Positions 38,501 to 48,579 of a stretch of DNA of 64,000 nucleotides are shown piece after piece. Under the pieces are notes generated by a model, which was not told the origin of the DNA, made no database searches, and saw nothing but the letters and a program-made list of their open reading frames with translations. Numbering within the stretch: the stretch's first letter is position 1; every line of letters starts with the position of its first letter. The position numbers were made by a program, and so were the translations under genes. This DNA is from Geopsychrobacteraceae bacterium (lineage in GTDB: Bacteria; Desulfobacterota; Desulfuromonadia; Desulfuromonadales; Geopsychrobacteraceae): positions 3,840,001-3,904,000 of the forward strand of contig OY759353.1 of assembly GCA_963662315.1 (NCBI GenBank). The letters are read 5' to 3'.

Positions 38501-38721
38501 GCGGAAAGCGCTTCTTCAATCTTGAGAATGATCCCTTCTTCGACTTCTTCAGGTCCCGCTCCCGGGTAGGGGACGCTGACCGATACCCGGTCAAGGGAGA
38601 CCTCGGGAAAGATTTCCTGCTTGATGGACGGAGCCATGATGACGCCGCCGATGATCAGAATCAGCATCAGCAGGTTGGCCGCAACATGATTGGAGGCCAT
38701 CCATTTGACAGCACTGTTCAT
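35557..38721 (-). CDS. RND efflux transporter permease
   Basis: 1054 aa; motifs GILVDDAIVVGENI, GVVVNDS and RFRPILLTSLTT. Confidence 0.93.
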   Translation of the reverse strand: MNSAVKWMASNHVAANLLMLILIIGGVIMAPSIKQEIFPEVSLDRVSVSVPYPGAGPEEVEEGIILKIEEALSAVDGIKQLKATAAEGVGSVVAEIYSHENVDLVLQDIKSEVDRITTFPEEAEKPIITKVTNRREVISVVIYGEVGEHVLREQAENIRDELLNLPDITQVELSGVKDLEMTIEVPESNLRRYHLTLNQVAAAINAASLDLPAGTVKTTAGEILLRTKERRYWGPEYEDITILANPDGTRVRLGDIAHVVDGFADSDTEARFDGHPAAMVQVFRIGEQKPTEISERVIEFVQSKQKQLPSSLHLAIWNDTTELFNSRMDTLQKNALMGLILVVIVLGLFLEIKLALWVMLGIPISFFGTLFLMPWLGVSINMVSLFAFILALGILVDDAIVVGENIFEQRQQGKSFAQAAIDGTLEVAVPVTFSVLTTVAAFLPLIFVSGMMGKFISVIPVIVITLLMTSLVESLLVLPAHLSFGTARTSSGGLLGYLDRIRKSFGNSMQRFVAGPYQRMLEFNLTYRYASCAVGIAALLLTFGVVKNGLIHFTFMPEVDGDRIAVAIQMNEGVPISRTAEVADFILTKGMETVAEFDRDLPEGQSIVRNIYSLVGGSVASGGPGGSSTATATNLANISMFLTKSEERGIPATQISAVWRGKVGDVPGLNSLTFRSNLVRLGANIDVQLAHKDFSVLEKASERIRTALGQYQGVSDIEDTYARGKREIKLRLKPAARTLGITETDLARQVRAAFYGAEALRLQRGRNELKVMVRYPEDDRRRLWNFETMRIHTATGAEIPLTQAADIIDSEGFSKINRTDRKRVINVSAAVNDEQANAQQIISDLKTKLLPQLTADYPGLSWDMEGEEKERKDSLGSMMKGFQLALVTIFALLAIPFRSYSQPLLIMAAIPFGMIGAVLGHIIMGYNLSLLSMFGLVALSGVVVNDSLLLIDQANVNRRSGLSIHDAVVAAGLRRFRPILLTSLTTFFGLMPMILETSVQAKFLVPMAISLGFGILFATGITLLLIPVLYLILEDIRKLIGFSAQHAREHKPPS

Positions 38722-39905
38722 TGTGCGTTCTCCCCGATCTCAACCGGCCGCAGCAAGGCTCCATCAGCCGCTCCGGATAAGGTTGTCAGGATCAGGCGCT
38801 CATCGGCGGCAATGACATTGCCGATGATAATCTGGTCTTTCTCGCGGCGCAGTATATCCACCTGGCGGGTTAGTAGCCGGTTGTTGCTGTCTGCGAGCCA
38901 GATGATATTGCCGGTGTGCAATGCGCTGCGGGGGATGAGCATCACGTCTTCAAGAACGGACCCTGCCAGTTCTAGTTCGACGAACAACCCCAGGGGCAGG
39001 ACAGGTCCGGGATTGCTGACGTTAAGCTGGTAGGGGTTCTTAACGCTGACCACCAGGGTCGCCATTCTGCTGGTCGGATCGATTTCGCCAAGGCTGCGGG
39101 AAATCTCACCATGCCAGACGGCATTGCCCAACTGAGGTGCTTTGATGACAACCTGGCTCCCCGTGTCGTCATTGGAGCGGGGAATGGTCAGCCAGCGTAA
39201 TTCTGCAATCGGCAGCGGGACATGGATTTCGGCAACATCGGTGCCGGCGAATATGGCAATGGTAGTACCCGTGTTCAGGTATTGGCCGATATCAACCTGC
39301 TCTTCGCGAATCCGGCCGTTAAACGGCGCTCTGATCTCGGTCCGTTGTAAATTGAGTTCAGCTTTATGCAGAGTCGCCTGCGCTGCGGCCAGAACCGCTT
39401 CCTGCTGTCGCAGCTGCAGTCTGTGGGTCACCAGTGGCCCTGGGTCTCCTTTGCCGGGAAACTGGATGGCATCCCACTCATCCTGGGCAACGCGGGCCTG
39501 CTCCTGCTCTGTCGCCAGGGCGACTTCCGCCTGGGCGACCTGGGCCCGGGCCTGTTCGATGGCTAGTTCATAATCCCGGGTTTCGATTTTGAGCAGCAGG
39601 TCCCCTTTCCAGAATATTCCTCCGGCAACCAGACGCTGGGAAATCCAACTGATCTTGCCGCTGACCTGGGGCGTCAGGTTGATCTGCTGCCCGGCGGATA
39701 CGGTTCCTGTGGCAAATACCGTCACCTTGTGGGGTGTTGCTGCTATGGGGGCAACATCGACCAGCAATCCCTGCTCGGGGCTTGCGAGGCGCTGCGGGGC
39801 CGGCTTGAGCTGGCCGAGCATTTTCAGAGCAAAAACCGTTGCAACAATAACCAGTATTGGCAGAATGATTTTGAGTACGGGGCGCTTCTTCCTGGTTTCA
39901 GACAT
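38718..39905 (-). CDS. RND periplasmic adaptor subunit
   Basis: Motifs PQVSGKI and RTEIRAPFNG; ATG at 39905. Confidence 0.9.
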   Translation of the reverse strand: MSETRKKRPVLKIILPILVIVATVFALKMLGQLKPAPQRLASPEQGLLVDVAPIAATPHKVTVFATGTVSAGQQINLTPQVSGKISWISQRLVAGGIFWKGDLLLKIETRDYELAIEQARAQVAQAEVALATEQEQARVAQDEWDAIQFPGKGDPGPLVTHRLQLRQQEAVLAAAQATLHKAELNLQRTEIRAPFNGRIREEQVDIGQYLNTGTTIAIFAGTDVAEIHVPLPIAELRWLTIPRSNDDTGSQVVIKAPQLGNAVWHGEISRSLGEIDPTSRMATLVVSVKNPYQLNVSNPGPVLPLGLFVELELAGSVLEDVMLIPRSALHTGNIIWLADSNNRLLTRQVDILRREKDQIIIGNVIAADERLILTTLSGAADGALLRPVEIGENAQ

Positions 39906-39906
39906 G

Positions 39907-41313
39907 TTATTTCTGCTCCCTTGATGAATTTCTTTGGGCGGTAAGTTCGTCATTCATCCAACTGCCACCGAGGGCCTTCACCAGGGTAATGCGCTGGCTG
40001 AGCCACAGTCTCTGGTTGCTGATCTGCTGGCTGAGAATTCCCAATTGGTCAATTTCGCTGTTGAGCCAGTTGGTGCTGTCACTCAGCCCGGTCCGGTAAT
40101 TGTTCAGACTGGCATTCAGGTAGCCACTGTTGGCGTCTTTCTGGCGCTCAAGCAATTGCGCCCGCAAGGCGTAGTTGCGTTCACTTACCAGGCTGTTTTC
40201 CAACTCTTGCATGGCGGTCAGCAACACCTGTCGGGTCGCTGCCAGCTGTTCAGCTCTTACGGCCTGTTGTTGCTCCACAGCTGCTTGACGCCGTCCACCA
40301 TCAAATAAAGGCTGCGTTAGGTTGAGGACCAAGCTCCACAGGGTCCCATTGACATCACCATTGGTTAACGAATAGGCGGCGCGTCCCAGGGTTGCGCTCA
40401 GGTTTAGCGCAGGCAGGCGTTCCGCAATCGTCGCCGCCAGAGTGTGATCGGTTGCTTCAAGCTGATGCAGGGCACGGGCCACGTCGGGACGGCGGGTAAG
40501 GAGATCAGCAGGAAGCCCCAGGGTGACTGCTGAAGCAATATGCGGTAAGTCGACAACCTCAAGCTTGATGCTCCCCGGCGCCTGGCCAAGCAGTACCGCT
40601 ATAGAGTTTTCCGCCTGCGTCAGGGTGGTGGAATAACCAGGTAACTGGGCTTCAATGGTGGCCAGGTTGCGCTGCGCCTGGTACAGAGAACTGGCGGTCA
40701 GCAGTCCTGCCTGGTAGCGTCTGGTCACTAATTCAAGAAGACTTTCCGAACGCGCTTTCTGAACCTGCAGCAGTTTGAGGTGGGCATGCTGTTCCTGGGC
40801 GAGAAAATACTCTCCGGCCAGCTGGGCACTCAGACTGAGGAGCAGCGTTTTGACGGTATCTTCACTCGCCAGAATCTGGAGCCGCGCTGCGGCATCGCGA
40901 TCGGCAAGTTTGTTCCACAGGTCAATTTCATAGGCTGCTGCCAGGGACAGGCTGGAACTGGTTGAACGACTTTCCCCCGCCGCGCTCAGGCTTTGTGAAC
41001 GCCCTGTCGAGCCGTTAAAATTCAGGGTAGGGAAGCGGTTTGCGTGACTCTGGCGGAATTGAGCTTCAACCTGCTCAAGGCGGTGCCAGGCCTGAAGAAT
41101 GTCAAGGTTGCCGTTGAACAGTTGCTGCTCAAGCCTATTCAGCTGAGGGTCGTCAAACGCATGCCACCAGCGATCAGGGCTGGGTACCGTGGCTTGTTGT
41201 ATCCGCGAATAACTGTCAGGCACCTCAGGTGCAGGTGTTGCGACCGGTCGCAGCGGGTTGCAGGCCACCAGGAACATGAATGTTGCTAACAAAGCAGAAT
41301 GGCGGATCATCAT
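39907..41313 (-). CDS. Outer-membrane efflux lipoprotein (NodT/OprM-like)
   Basis: Lipobox LVAC; motifs WWHAFDDPQL, YEIDLW, PADLLTRRPDV and KALGGSW. Confidence 0.92.
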   Translation of the reverse strand: MMIRHSALLATFMFLVACNPLRPVATPAPEVPDSYSRIQQATVPSPDRWWHAFDDPQLNRLEQQLFNGNLDILQAWHRLEQVEAQFRQSHANRFPTLNFNGSTGRSQSLSAAGESRSTSSSLSLAAAYEIDLWNKLADRDAAARLQILASEDTVKTLLLSLSAQLAGEYFLAQEQHAHLKLLQVQKARSESLLELVTRRYQAGLLTASSLYQAQRNLATIEAQLPGYSTTLTQAENSIAVLLGQAPGSIKLEVVDLPHIASAVTLGLPADLLTRRPDVARALHQLEATDHTLAATIAERLPALNLSATLGRAAYSLTNGDVNGTLWSLVLNLTQPLFDGGRRQAAVEQQQAVRAEQLAATRQVLLTAMQELENSLVSERNYALRAQLLERQKDANSGYLNASLNNYRTGLSDSTNWLNSEIDQLGILSQQISNQRLWLSQRITLVKALGGSWMNDELTAQRNSSREQK

Positions 41314-41945
41314 TGCGGAGCCTCCAGTCCGGCTTGTAAAAATTTCAGCAGTTGATTCATTTTTTCCTCTTCATCCAAGGCGACAGAAATAAAACTGCTA
41401 CGTTTGCAAGCGCTGCTGTTGTCGCACATGACCGCACTCATCGAACCGACCAGGAATTGCAGCCGCGCCTGAAAAATCAATTCATCAAGGTCTGGCAATG
41501 CCTGACGCAAACACCCGGCAAAGTATTGAAAAAGCGGCATGGCGAGATTAATAAAGCAGTTGTGAACGGTTTGATCCGGATCATTCCAGGAGCGGCCGAT
41601 CAGACTGATAAAATTTTTCGCTCCCTCCGAGGCGCGCAGAAATTTAAGGGTTGGCTGCAGAAATGCGTACAGCAGATCGATCACTGCCGGGCGAATTTTG
41701 TTGGCAGCTGCTTTTTGCATGACCTGTTCAAGAGCCTCACGGCGTTTATGATTAAGTGGAATCAGACGCCGCTCAATGACGGCATAGAGAAGGTTCTCTT
41801 TAGAACCAAAATGATAATTAACCGCTGCGAGGTTGACACCGGCCTGTACTGTCAGAATCCGCATGGAGGTATGGTGAAAACCTTCCTGGGCGAAAAGTTT
41901 TTCTGCGCAGTCGAGCAGCAGCTTTTTCGTATCTGGAGATGCCAT
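41310..41945 (-). CDS. TetR-family regulator (PsrA-like HTH)
   Basis: AEKLFAQEGF..AGVNLAAVNYHFGSKE. Confidence 0.9.
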   Translation of the reverse strand: MASPDTKKLLLDCAEKLFAQEGFHHTSMRILTVQAGVNLAAVNYHFGSKENLLYAVIERRLIPLNHKRREALEQVMQKAAANKIRPAVIDLLYAFLQPTLKFLRASEGAKNFISLIGRSWNDPDQTVHNCFINLAMPLFQYFAGCLRQALPDLDELIFQARLQFLVGSMSAVMCDNSSACKRSSFISVALDEEEKMNQLLKFLQAGLEAPQ

Positions 41946-41982
41946 TGCAGAATGATCCTTGGGTTTGCAGATAAGTACCTGA

Positions 41983-42000
41983 TTAAAACACTCGTTTGAA
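41983..42000 (-). promoter_or_regulatory. Probable TetR operator (PsrA-box-like)
   Basis: Imperfect palindrome TTCAAACGAGTGTTTTAA just downstream of a TTGACT -35 (42006-42011, minus strand). Confidence 0.55.
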
Positions 42001-42255
42001 AAATAAGTCAACCTTTTCGCTCAGCAGGCGCTACCAAAGCAAATATTTATTTCAGGTGTCCGAACCTGATGGAAACATCACCGGAATCAGTTGTGTGAAC
42101 GGGTCGCTATCTCATTTTTTTGCCTGAAAATTAATCAAGAGATGTTTTCTCACCTGTGCAGGGACTGTGCAGGGTCGGTATTTTCTGTCTAAATAATAGG
42201 CAGAATGCGTGTGTCCCAATACGATCAGGTGCTAAAAATACTGAGTCGTAGAAAT

Positions 42256-42271
42256 TGGCACACAGTCTGCT
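42256..42271 (+). promoter_or_regulatory. sigma54 promoter of glnK-amtB
   Basis: TGGCAC-ACAGT-CTGCT with correct -24/-12 spacing. Confidence 0.75.
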
Positions 42272-42289
42272 AGAGCATTGCCACAATGA

Positions 42290-42685
<396 letters not shown>

Positions 42686-42747
42686 ATTCATTTCCGGCTG
42701 TACGTACTTAACGACAGTGATCACAATAGATTAAGGAGAAATTCACC

Positions 42748-44100
42748 ATGAAAAAACTGGTTTTGGTCCTGCTGACCTTCCTGTGCCTGATACCGACCCT
42801 CGCTTTGGCTGAGGATGCTCCGGTTTCCGAGATGTCTTACATTCTCAACACCTTTTCCTTCCTGGTCATGGGGATTCTGGTTATGTGGATGGCCGCCGGG
42901 TTCGGGATGCTCGAATCAGGGCTGGTGCGCTCCAAGAACGTGGCCACCATCTGTCTGAAAAACATCTCCCTGTTCGGTATTGCCGGCATTCTGTTTTACG
43001 TGGTCGGTTACAACCTGATGTACGCCGGTGTTGACGGTGGTTTTATCGGCAGCTTCGGTTTCTGGTCGGCCGATGATGCCGCGGCCCTGGCCGGTGATTA
43101 TTCCGGTGGCTATGCCGCCGCGTCTGACTGGTTCTTCCAGATGGTCTTTTGTGGTGCGGCCTGTTCCGTGGTCTCGGGTTGTGTTGCCGAGCGGATCAAG
43201 CTGTGGAGCTTTCTGGCCTTCTGTGTGGTGCTGACCGGGATCATCTACCCGATTCAGGGCTCCTGGACCTGGGGTGGTGGCTGGCTGTCCGCAATGGGCT
43301 TTACCGATTACGCCGGATCGACCCTGGTTCACTCCGTTGGTGGCTGGGCGGCGCTGACCGGTGCCATCATTCTGGGGGCGCGCAAAGGCAAATACGGTAA
43401 AAATGGTCGGATAAACCCGATGCCCGGTTCCAACATTCCTCTGGCCACCCTCGGAACCTTCATCCTGTGGATGGGCTGGTACGGGTTTAACGGTGGTTCG
43501 GTTCTGGCTCTGGGTGCTGCTGGCAGCGCCATCGAAATGTCCAACGTTATGGTCAACACCAACATGGCCGCCTGCGGCGGAATGATCGCCGCCATGATCC
43601 TGGTGCAGATCATGTACAAGAAAGTTGACGTGACCATGGCGTTAAACGGCGCCCTGGCAGGTCTGGTCTCCATTACAGCCGGTCCGGCCACCCCGTCTTT
43701 GGGAGCGGCAACCCTGATCGGTGCTGTCGGTGGCATCCTGGTTGTGCTGGCTGTTCCGTTTTTTGACAAGCTGAAAATTGATGACGTCGTTGGTGCTCTG
43801 TCCGTCCACCTGGTGTGTGGTGTATGGGGAACCCTGGCGGTTCCATTCACCAATGATGACGCCAGTTTCGGCGTGCAGTTTATCGGTGTCGCCGCTACGG
43901 CGGTCTTCGTGGTCATCACCACCTCTGTGGTGTGGCTGCTCCTGAAGTACACCGTCGGTATCCGCGTCAGTGAAGAAGAAGAGATGCTCGGGTGTGACTC
44001 AACGGAAATCGGTATGGAAGCCTACCCCGACTTCCAGCGCGTCAGCATTGGTGGCGCCAGTGGCATTTCCGGTTACACCTCTTCGCCGGAAGGGCGCTAA
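42748..44100 (+). CDS. amtB: Ammonium transporter
   Basis: Motifs WFFQMVF, DYAGSTLVH, LWMGWYGFNGGS and IDDVVGALSVH. Confidence 0.95.
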   Translation: MKKLVLVLLTFLCLIPTLALAEDAPVSEMSYILNTFSFLVMGILVMWMAAGFGMLESGLVRSKNVATICLKNISLFGIAGILFYVVGYNLMYAGVDGGFIGSFGFWSADDAAALAGDYSGGYAAASDWFFQMVFCGAACSVVSGCVAERIKLWSFLAFCVVLTGIIYPIQGSWTWGGGWLSAMGFTDYAGSTLVHSVGGWAALTGAIILGARKGKYGKNGRINPMPGSNIPLATLGTFILWMGWYGFNGGSVLALGAAGSAIEMSNVMVNTNMAACGGMIAAMILVQIMYKKVDVTMALNGALAGLVSITAGPATPSLGAATLIGAVGGILVVLAVPFFDKLKIDDVVGALSVHLVCGVWGTLAVPFTNDDASFGVQFIGVAATAVFVVITTSVVWLLLKYTVGIRVSEEEEMLGCDSTEIGMEAYPDFQRVSIGGASGISGYTSSPEGR

Positions 44101-44124
44101 GCGTATCTGAAGTAGATTTCCTCC

Positions 44125-44161
44125 AATAAAAAAGGCTCCCGTGCAGGGGGCCTTTTTTATT
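44125..44161 (+). terminator. Intrinsic terminator after amtB
   Basis: AATAAAAAAGGCTCCC..GGGGCCTTTTTTATT. Confidence 0.85.
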
Positions 44162-44551
44162 GTCTGCTATTATCAACCCGATTTGTTTTCACGGTTCATT
44201 TCTCAACTTCTCTGAACATGACCAAATGATCATCTTCCGGTCATGATCACATCATTTCTATTCTCTATTATCTGCCAACTTAATGAGAGAACTCCGCTTT
44301 TCATAAAAGCGGCAGCGGCGAAGATTCCCTTCGTTGTCAGCCGCTATAGAGTAAGTTCCTGACATTTTCCTACAAAATCGGACAGTTTTTCTACAGCTTG
44401 AGCTTTGACGGTCCGTTACAACTCAGGTTGAGCAGGCTGTTGCTTGGTCAATGACAGGACCACTTGCTAACTGCTGATGGTTGCCACACTGAAATAAGCG
44501 TTTATTACCACCAGCTATTCCATATTTTTGCTACGACGACAGGTGAAGAAT

Positions 44552-46525
44552 GTGCAAATAAAAAATTCCCGCTTTCAATTGATCCTCTTGGTCTACCTGG
44601 TCAGTCTGGCCATTTTTACCCTGACCAGAACCGTTCTGTTGGTAATCAGCTGGCATGATTTAGGGACTTTGTCAGCCTCGAACCTGCTGGAAATTTACGC
44701 CAGGGGCTTGTTGTTTGACAGTGCTTATTGTGCGTATGCCCTGATTTTGCCGACCCTGTATATCTGGTTGTTCCCGGCTCGTTTCTGGTCAGCCCGCTGG
44801 CATAGTTACTTAGCTCAGCTGATCGGTTTCGTTGTCCTGTACCAGATGCTGTTTGTCGCTGTTGCTGAATATCTGTTCTGGGATGAATTCAAAGTCAGGT
44901 TCAATTTCATCGCCATCGATTACTTGATCTACCGGCGTGAGGTGACTGACAACATTGTTCAGTCCTACCCGGTGGCGCTGATTATGGGGCTGTTACTGGT
45001 TGTCTGTGGGGCTGTCTTCTGGTGGCTGCGGCCAATCGTAATGCGGGCTCTAAACTGTCGGGAGCCATTTGGTGATCGCAGTTTGATTGCCATTGTTTTG
45101 TTACTGGTTCCGTTGCTGGCTTACCTGGGGTTGTCACAGTCGCTGCGGCAGTTTAGCGATAATAACTATATTAATGAACTGACCGGCAATGGTCCTTACC
45201 AATTTGTGGCAGCGTTTCGCAATAACGAACTTGATTACAATCATTTTTATAATACCTTGTCGGTGGCTGAAGCGGATCGCCTGTTACGGGAGGAAGTGGC
45301 AGAACCAAATGCTGCTTTTTTAAGTTCAGAACCGTTTGATATCCGCCGCGATATTACTGTTTCCGGTCCGGAACGGCCCCTCAATGTTATTCTGGTAACC
45401 ATTGAAAGCCTCAGCTCCGATTTTCTTGGCTACTTTGGCAACACCAAAGGATTGACCCCCAATCTTGATCGCCTGGTTGGCGACAGTCTCTTTTTTACGA
45501 ATTTCTATGCCACCGGCACCCGGACCACACGTGGCCTGGAAGCCTTGGCCCTGTCAATTCCGCCCACCCCCGGCCGCTCCATTGTCAAGCGTCTGGGGCG
45601 GGAGACCGATCAATGGTCCCTTGGACAGGTCCTGGGTGACAAAGGTTATCAGCCCTATTTTGTCTACGGCGGGCGCAGTTATTTTGAAAATATGGGGAGT
45701 TTCTTTCAGGGGAACGGTTATGCCGTTATTGATCAAAGCAGCGTGCCATCCGACCAGATCCACTTTGCCAACGCCTGGGGGATGGCTGACGAAGATCTTT
45801 ATCAGCAGGCCGTCAATACAGCCGACAGCGAATATGCCAAGCAGCGACCATTCTTGCTGCACCTGATGACCACCTCCAATCACCGCCCCTATACCTATCC
45901 GGACGGGCGTATCGATATCGCGTCAGGAAGCGGTCGTTTAGGTGCTGTAAAATACACGGATTACGCTATTGGCCAGTTCCTGCAGCAGGCCCGCAGCAAG
46001 CCCTGGTTCCGGGATACGATCTTTGTTTTCGTTGCTGATCACCAGGCCGGGAGTGCCGGTAAACGAACCCTGCCTCTGGAACGTTATCACATCCCTCTGT
46101 GGATCTATTCTCCAGCCCACATCAAGCCGCAGATCAACAGTACCCTGGCCAGCCAGGTCGATGTTGCGCCAACCCTGCTTGGTCTGCTTAACATGAGCTA
46201 TCGTTCCTGCTTTTTCGGGCGCGATATTCTGAAGTCGCCAGCCCGCCGGGCGCTGATTGCCAACTACCAGTACCTGGGGCTGTACGACGGGCAGGAGATG
46301 GCGATTCTTGAACCGCAAAAGGTGGCCAGCCTGCAAAAAATTGTCAATGGGGTACAATTAGCAGAGCAGTCGGCATTACGGGCGGATCCTTTCCTTAAGC
46401 GTGACATCAGCTATTACCAGGGGGCCGCGTACGTTTATCGTCATCGCCTGAACGCCTGGAGCCAGCGCAATGATCTGTCTGTTTCAGGGCCGCTGCATGC
46501 TGCCGTAGATGGAAGCTCACATTAA
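44552..46525 (+). CDS. LTA synthase-family membrane sulfatase/phosphoglycerol transferase
   Basis: N-terminal TM helices; motifs NVILVTIESLS, ATGTRTTRGLEA, TTSNHRPY and VADH; GTG start at 44552 inferred from the RBS (ORF is open from 44528). Confidence 0.88.
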   Translation: MQIKNSRFQLILLVYLVSLAIFTLTRTVLLVISWHDLGTLSASNLLEIYARGLLFDSAYCAYALILPTLYIWLFPARFWSARWHSYLAQLIGFVVLYQMLFVAVAEYLFWDEFKVRFNFIAIDYLIYRREVTDNIVQSYPVALIMGLLLVVCGAVFWWLRPIVMRALNCREPFGDRSLIAIVLLLVPLLAYLGLSQSLRQFSDNNYINELTGNGPYQFVAAFRNNELDYNHFYNTLSVAEADRLLREEVAEPNAAFLSSEPFDIRRDITVSGPERPLNVILVTIESLSSDFLGYFGNTKGLTPNLDRLVGDSLFFTNFYATGTRTTRGLEALALSIPPTPGRSIVKRLGRETDQWSLGQVLGDKGYQPYFVYGGRSYFENMGSFFQGNGYAVIDQSSVPSDQIHFANAWGMADEDLYQQAVNTADSEYAKQRPFLLHLMTTSNHRPYTYPDGRIDIASGSGRLGAVKYTDYAIGQFLQQARSKPWFRDTIFVFVADHQAGSAGKRTLPLERYHIPLWIYSPAHIKPQINSTLASQVDVAPTLLGLLNMSYRSCFFGRDILKSPARRALIANYQYLGLYDGQEMAILEPQKVASLQKIVNGVQLAEQSALRADPFLKRDISYYQGAAYVYRHRLNAWSQRNDLSVSGPLHAAVDGSSH

Positions 46526-46527
46526 CT

Positions 46528-48177
46528 ATGTCAGGATATACATTGAAACTGAATTCTTTTAAAATCTCCAGCCAACACCTGATCTTTTGCGTGTCTCTAT
46601 TGCTGGTTGTCTTTTACAACGGTAATTTTTTTTCAGCAGTGGCGAAAACCTACCCGCTGACGTTTGGCAATGGCGCACGCATGATTTCGGTCGCCATTGT
46701 TTTCGTGTTTTTTCTCCAGCTGCTCTTCTCCCTGTTTAATAATCGTTTTCTGCTCAAGCCGGTGCTGATCGGTGCGGTTATGGTGGCGGCGGCGATCCGG
46801 TATTACTCCGGGAGCTATGATGTCATCATTGATGTGACCATGGTGCAGAATATTCTTGAGACCGACAGCTCAGAAGCGTTTGACCTGATTAACAGTGGAC
46901 TGCTTCTCAGTCTGCTGGTGTGGGGTGTGCTGCCGGCGCTTTTGATTGGCCTGGTCAGGGTTGAACACTATCCCCTGCGCGCGGCCCTGAAACGCAATCT
47001 GGTCAATATGGGGATCGCGGTGCTGGTCATTGCGGTCTGCATGTTATCCTTCGGCAGGTTTTACGCCTCGTTTTTACGTCAGCATAAAACGTTGCGCTAT
47101 CATACCAATCCGACCTATGCCATTTACTCCGTTGGTCAATATGTTGGCAGGCAGTTCAAAAGCAGCCGTAAGCCACTGAAGCACATTGGTCTGGATGCCC
47201 ACCAGCTACCCCCTAACGGGAAACGTCGGCTGGCTATTGTTGTGGTTGGCGAAGCTGTACGTGCCGATCATTTACAGCGTAATGGTTATGCCCGGGAAAC
47301 CACGCCGCTGCTTGATCAGGAAGCAACCTACAATTTTCCTAATATGTACTCGTGCGGAACGTCAACAGCGGTTTCCGTCCCTTGCATGTTTTCGATATAT
47401 GACCGGCGCGATTACACCGACAGTAAAGGGAAAAATACTGAAAATGTCATGGATGTGCTGAACCGAGCCGGAGTGGCTGTTTTGTGGCGGGATAACAATT
47501 CGAGTTCCAAGGGGGTGGCCAATCGGATCCCTAACGAGAACTTTAAAACGCCGGATAACAATCCCGTCTGTGAGGGGGAGTGCCGCGACGAGGGGATGCT
47601 GAGTGGGCTGCAGGATTACATTGATCAGCACGCCAGTCAGGATATCCTGATTGTGTTGCATCAGATGGGTAATCATGGCCCGGCCTATTTTAAGCGTTAT
47701 CCTGCCGAATATGAAAAGTTCACGCCGGTTTGTAACAGCAACCAGCTGGAACAGTGCAGTCAGGATGAGATTATCAATACTTATGACAATGCGCTGCTGT
47801 ACACCGATTATTTTCTCGACCAGGTCATCGCGTTACTGAAAAGCAATGATGGCCGTTTTAAAAGTTCCATGCTCTATATCAGTGATCATGGCGAATCGCT
47901 GGGGGATAACGGGCTCTACCTGCATGGTATGCCTTACCTGATTGCTCCGGATGAGCAAAAGCATGTTGCCGCGACATTATGGCTGGGGGACAGTTTTAAG
48001 CAGGACATTGCTACCGATAAGTTAATGGCTGTCAGCGCCGAACAGCTTTCGCATGACAACCTGTTTCATTCTCTGCTAGGATTGATGCGCGTGCGGACCG
48101 AGGTCTACCAACAGGATAAAGATATCTTTGCCGACCTGGCAAAGACTCAGGATATTGCCCACAACAGGACGGAATAA
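46528..48177 (+). CDS. eptA: Lipid A phosphoethanolamine transferase
   Basis: Motifs VVVGEAVRADH, SCGTSTAVSVPCMFS, LHQMGNHGPAY and SDHGESLG..GLYLHG. Confidence 0.92.
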   Translation: MSGYTLKLNSFKISSQHLIFCVSLLLVVFYNGNFFSAVAKTYPLTFGNGARMISVAIVFVFFLQLLFSLFNNRFLLKPVLIGAVMVAAAIRYYSGSYDVIIDVTMVQNILETDSSEAFDLINSGLLLSLLVWGVLPALLIGLVRVEHYPLRAALKRNLVNMGIAVLVIAVCMLSFGRFYASFLRQHKTLRYHTNPTYAIYSVGQYVGRQFKSSRKPLKHIGLDAHQLPPNGKRRLAIVVVGEAVRADHLQRNGYARETTPLLDQEATYNFPNMYSCGTSTAVSVPCMFSIYDRRDYTDSKGKNTENVMDVLNRAGVAVLWRDNNSSSKGVANRIPNENFKTPDNNPVCEGECRDEGMLSGLQDYIDQHASQDILIVLHQMGNHGPAYFKRYPAEYEKFTPVCNSNQLEQCSQDEIINTYDNALLYTDYFLDQVIALLKSNDGRFKSSMLYISDHGESLGDNGLYLHGMPYLIAPDEQKHVAATLWLGDSFKQDIATDKLMAVSAEQLSHDNLFHSLLGLMRVRTEVYQQDKDIFADLAKTQDIAHNRTE

Positions 48178-48545
48178 TGCAGAAAAATACCGGGATCAGA
48201 AGGATTGTATTGGCCGGGGGGTACTCTTTGGCCGGTATCAGGGCGGCGCTACGCCATGAAGCCGCCTTTCGCCAAGAGGCGGCGTTGGCAGTGATTATGG
48301 TGATTGTCGCCTTGCTGATGCCGGTAGTCGTGACCCAACGGGTACTGCTGATCGCTTCAGTGGTGCTGGTGATGATTGTTGAACTGCTCAATTCGGCCAT
48401 TGAGGCGGTCGTTGACCGGATTGGCAGCGAACACCACGAACTGTCCGGACGCGCCAAGGATATGGGCTCGGCGGCGGTACTGATCTCCTTGCTGCTGACC
48501 CTTTACGTCTGGATTGAGATTCTCTGGCCCGTGGTTACCAACTGA
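48177..48545 (+). CDS. dgkA: Diacylglycerol kinase
   Basis: Motifs EAAFRQE, ELLNSAIEAVVDRIG and AKDMGSAAV. Confidence 0.95.
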   Translation: MQKNTGIRRIVLAGGYSLAGIRAALRHEAAFRQEAALAVIMVIVALLMPVVVTQRVLLIASVVLVMIVELLNSAIEAVVDRIGSEHHELSGRAKDMGSAAVLISLLLTLYVWIEILWPVVTN

Positions 48546-48579
48546 CGCCTGCTTTGAACCTGCAAAGGATTTAACCGCT

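Noticed and set aside
36346..39033. Long plus-strand ORFs (349 aa and 297 aa) opposite the RND genes, and similar shadows at 52201..53142 and 29116..29856
   Set aside because: Antisense to well-supported genes, with no motifs of their own.
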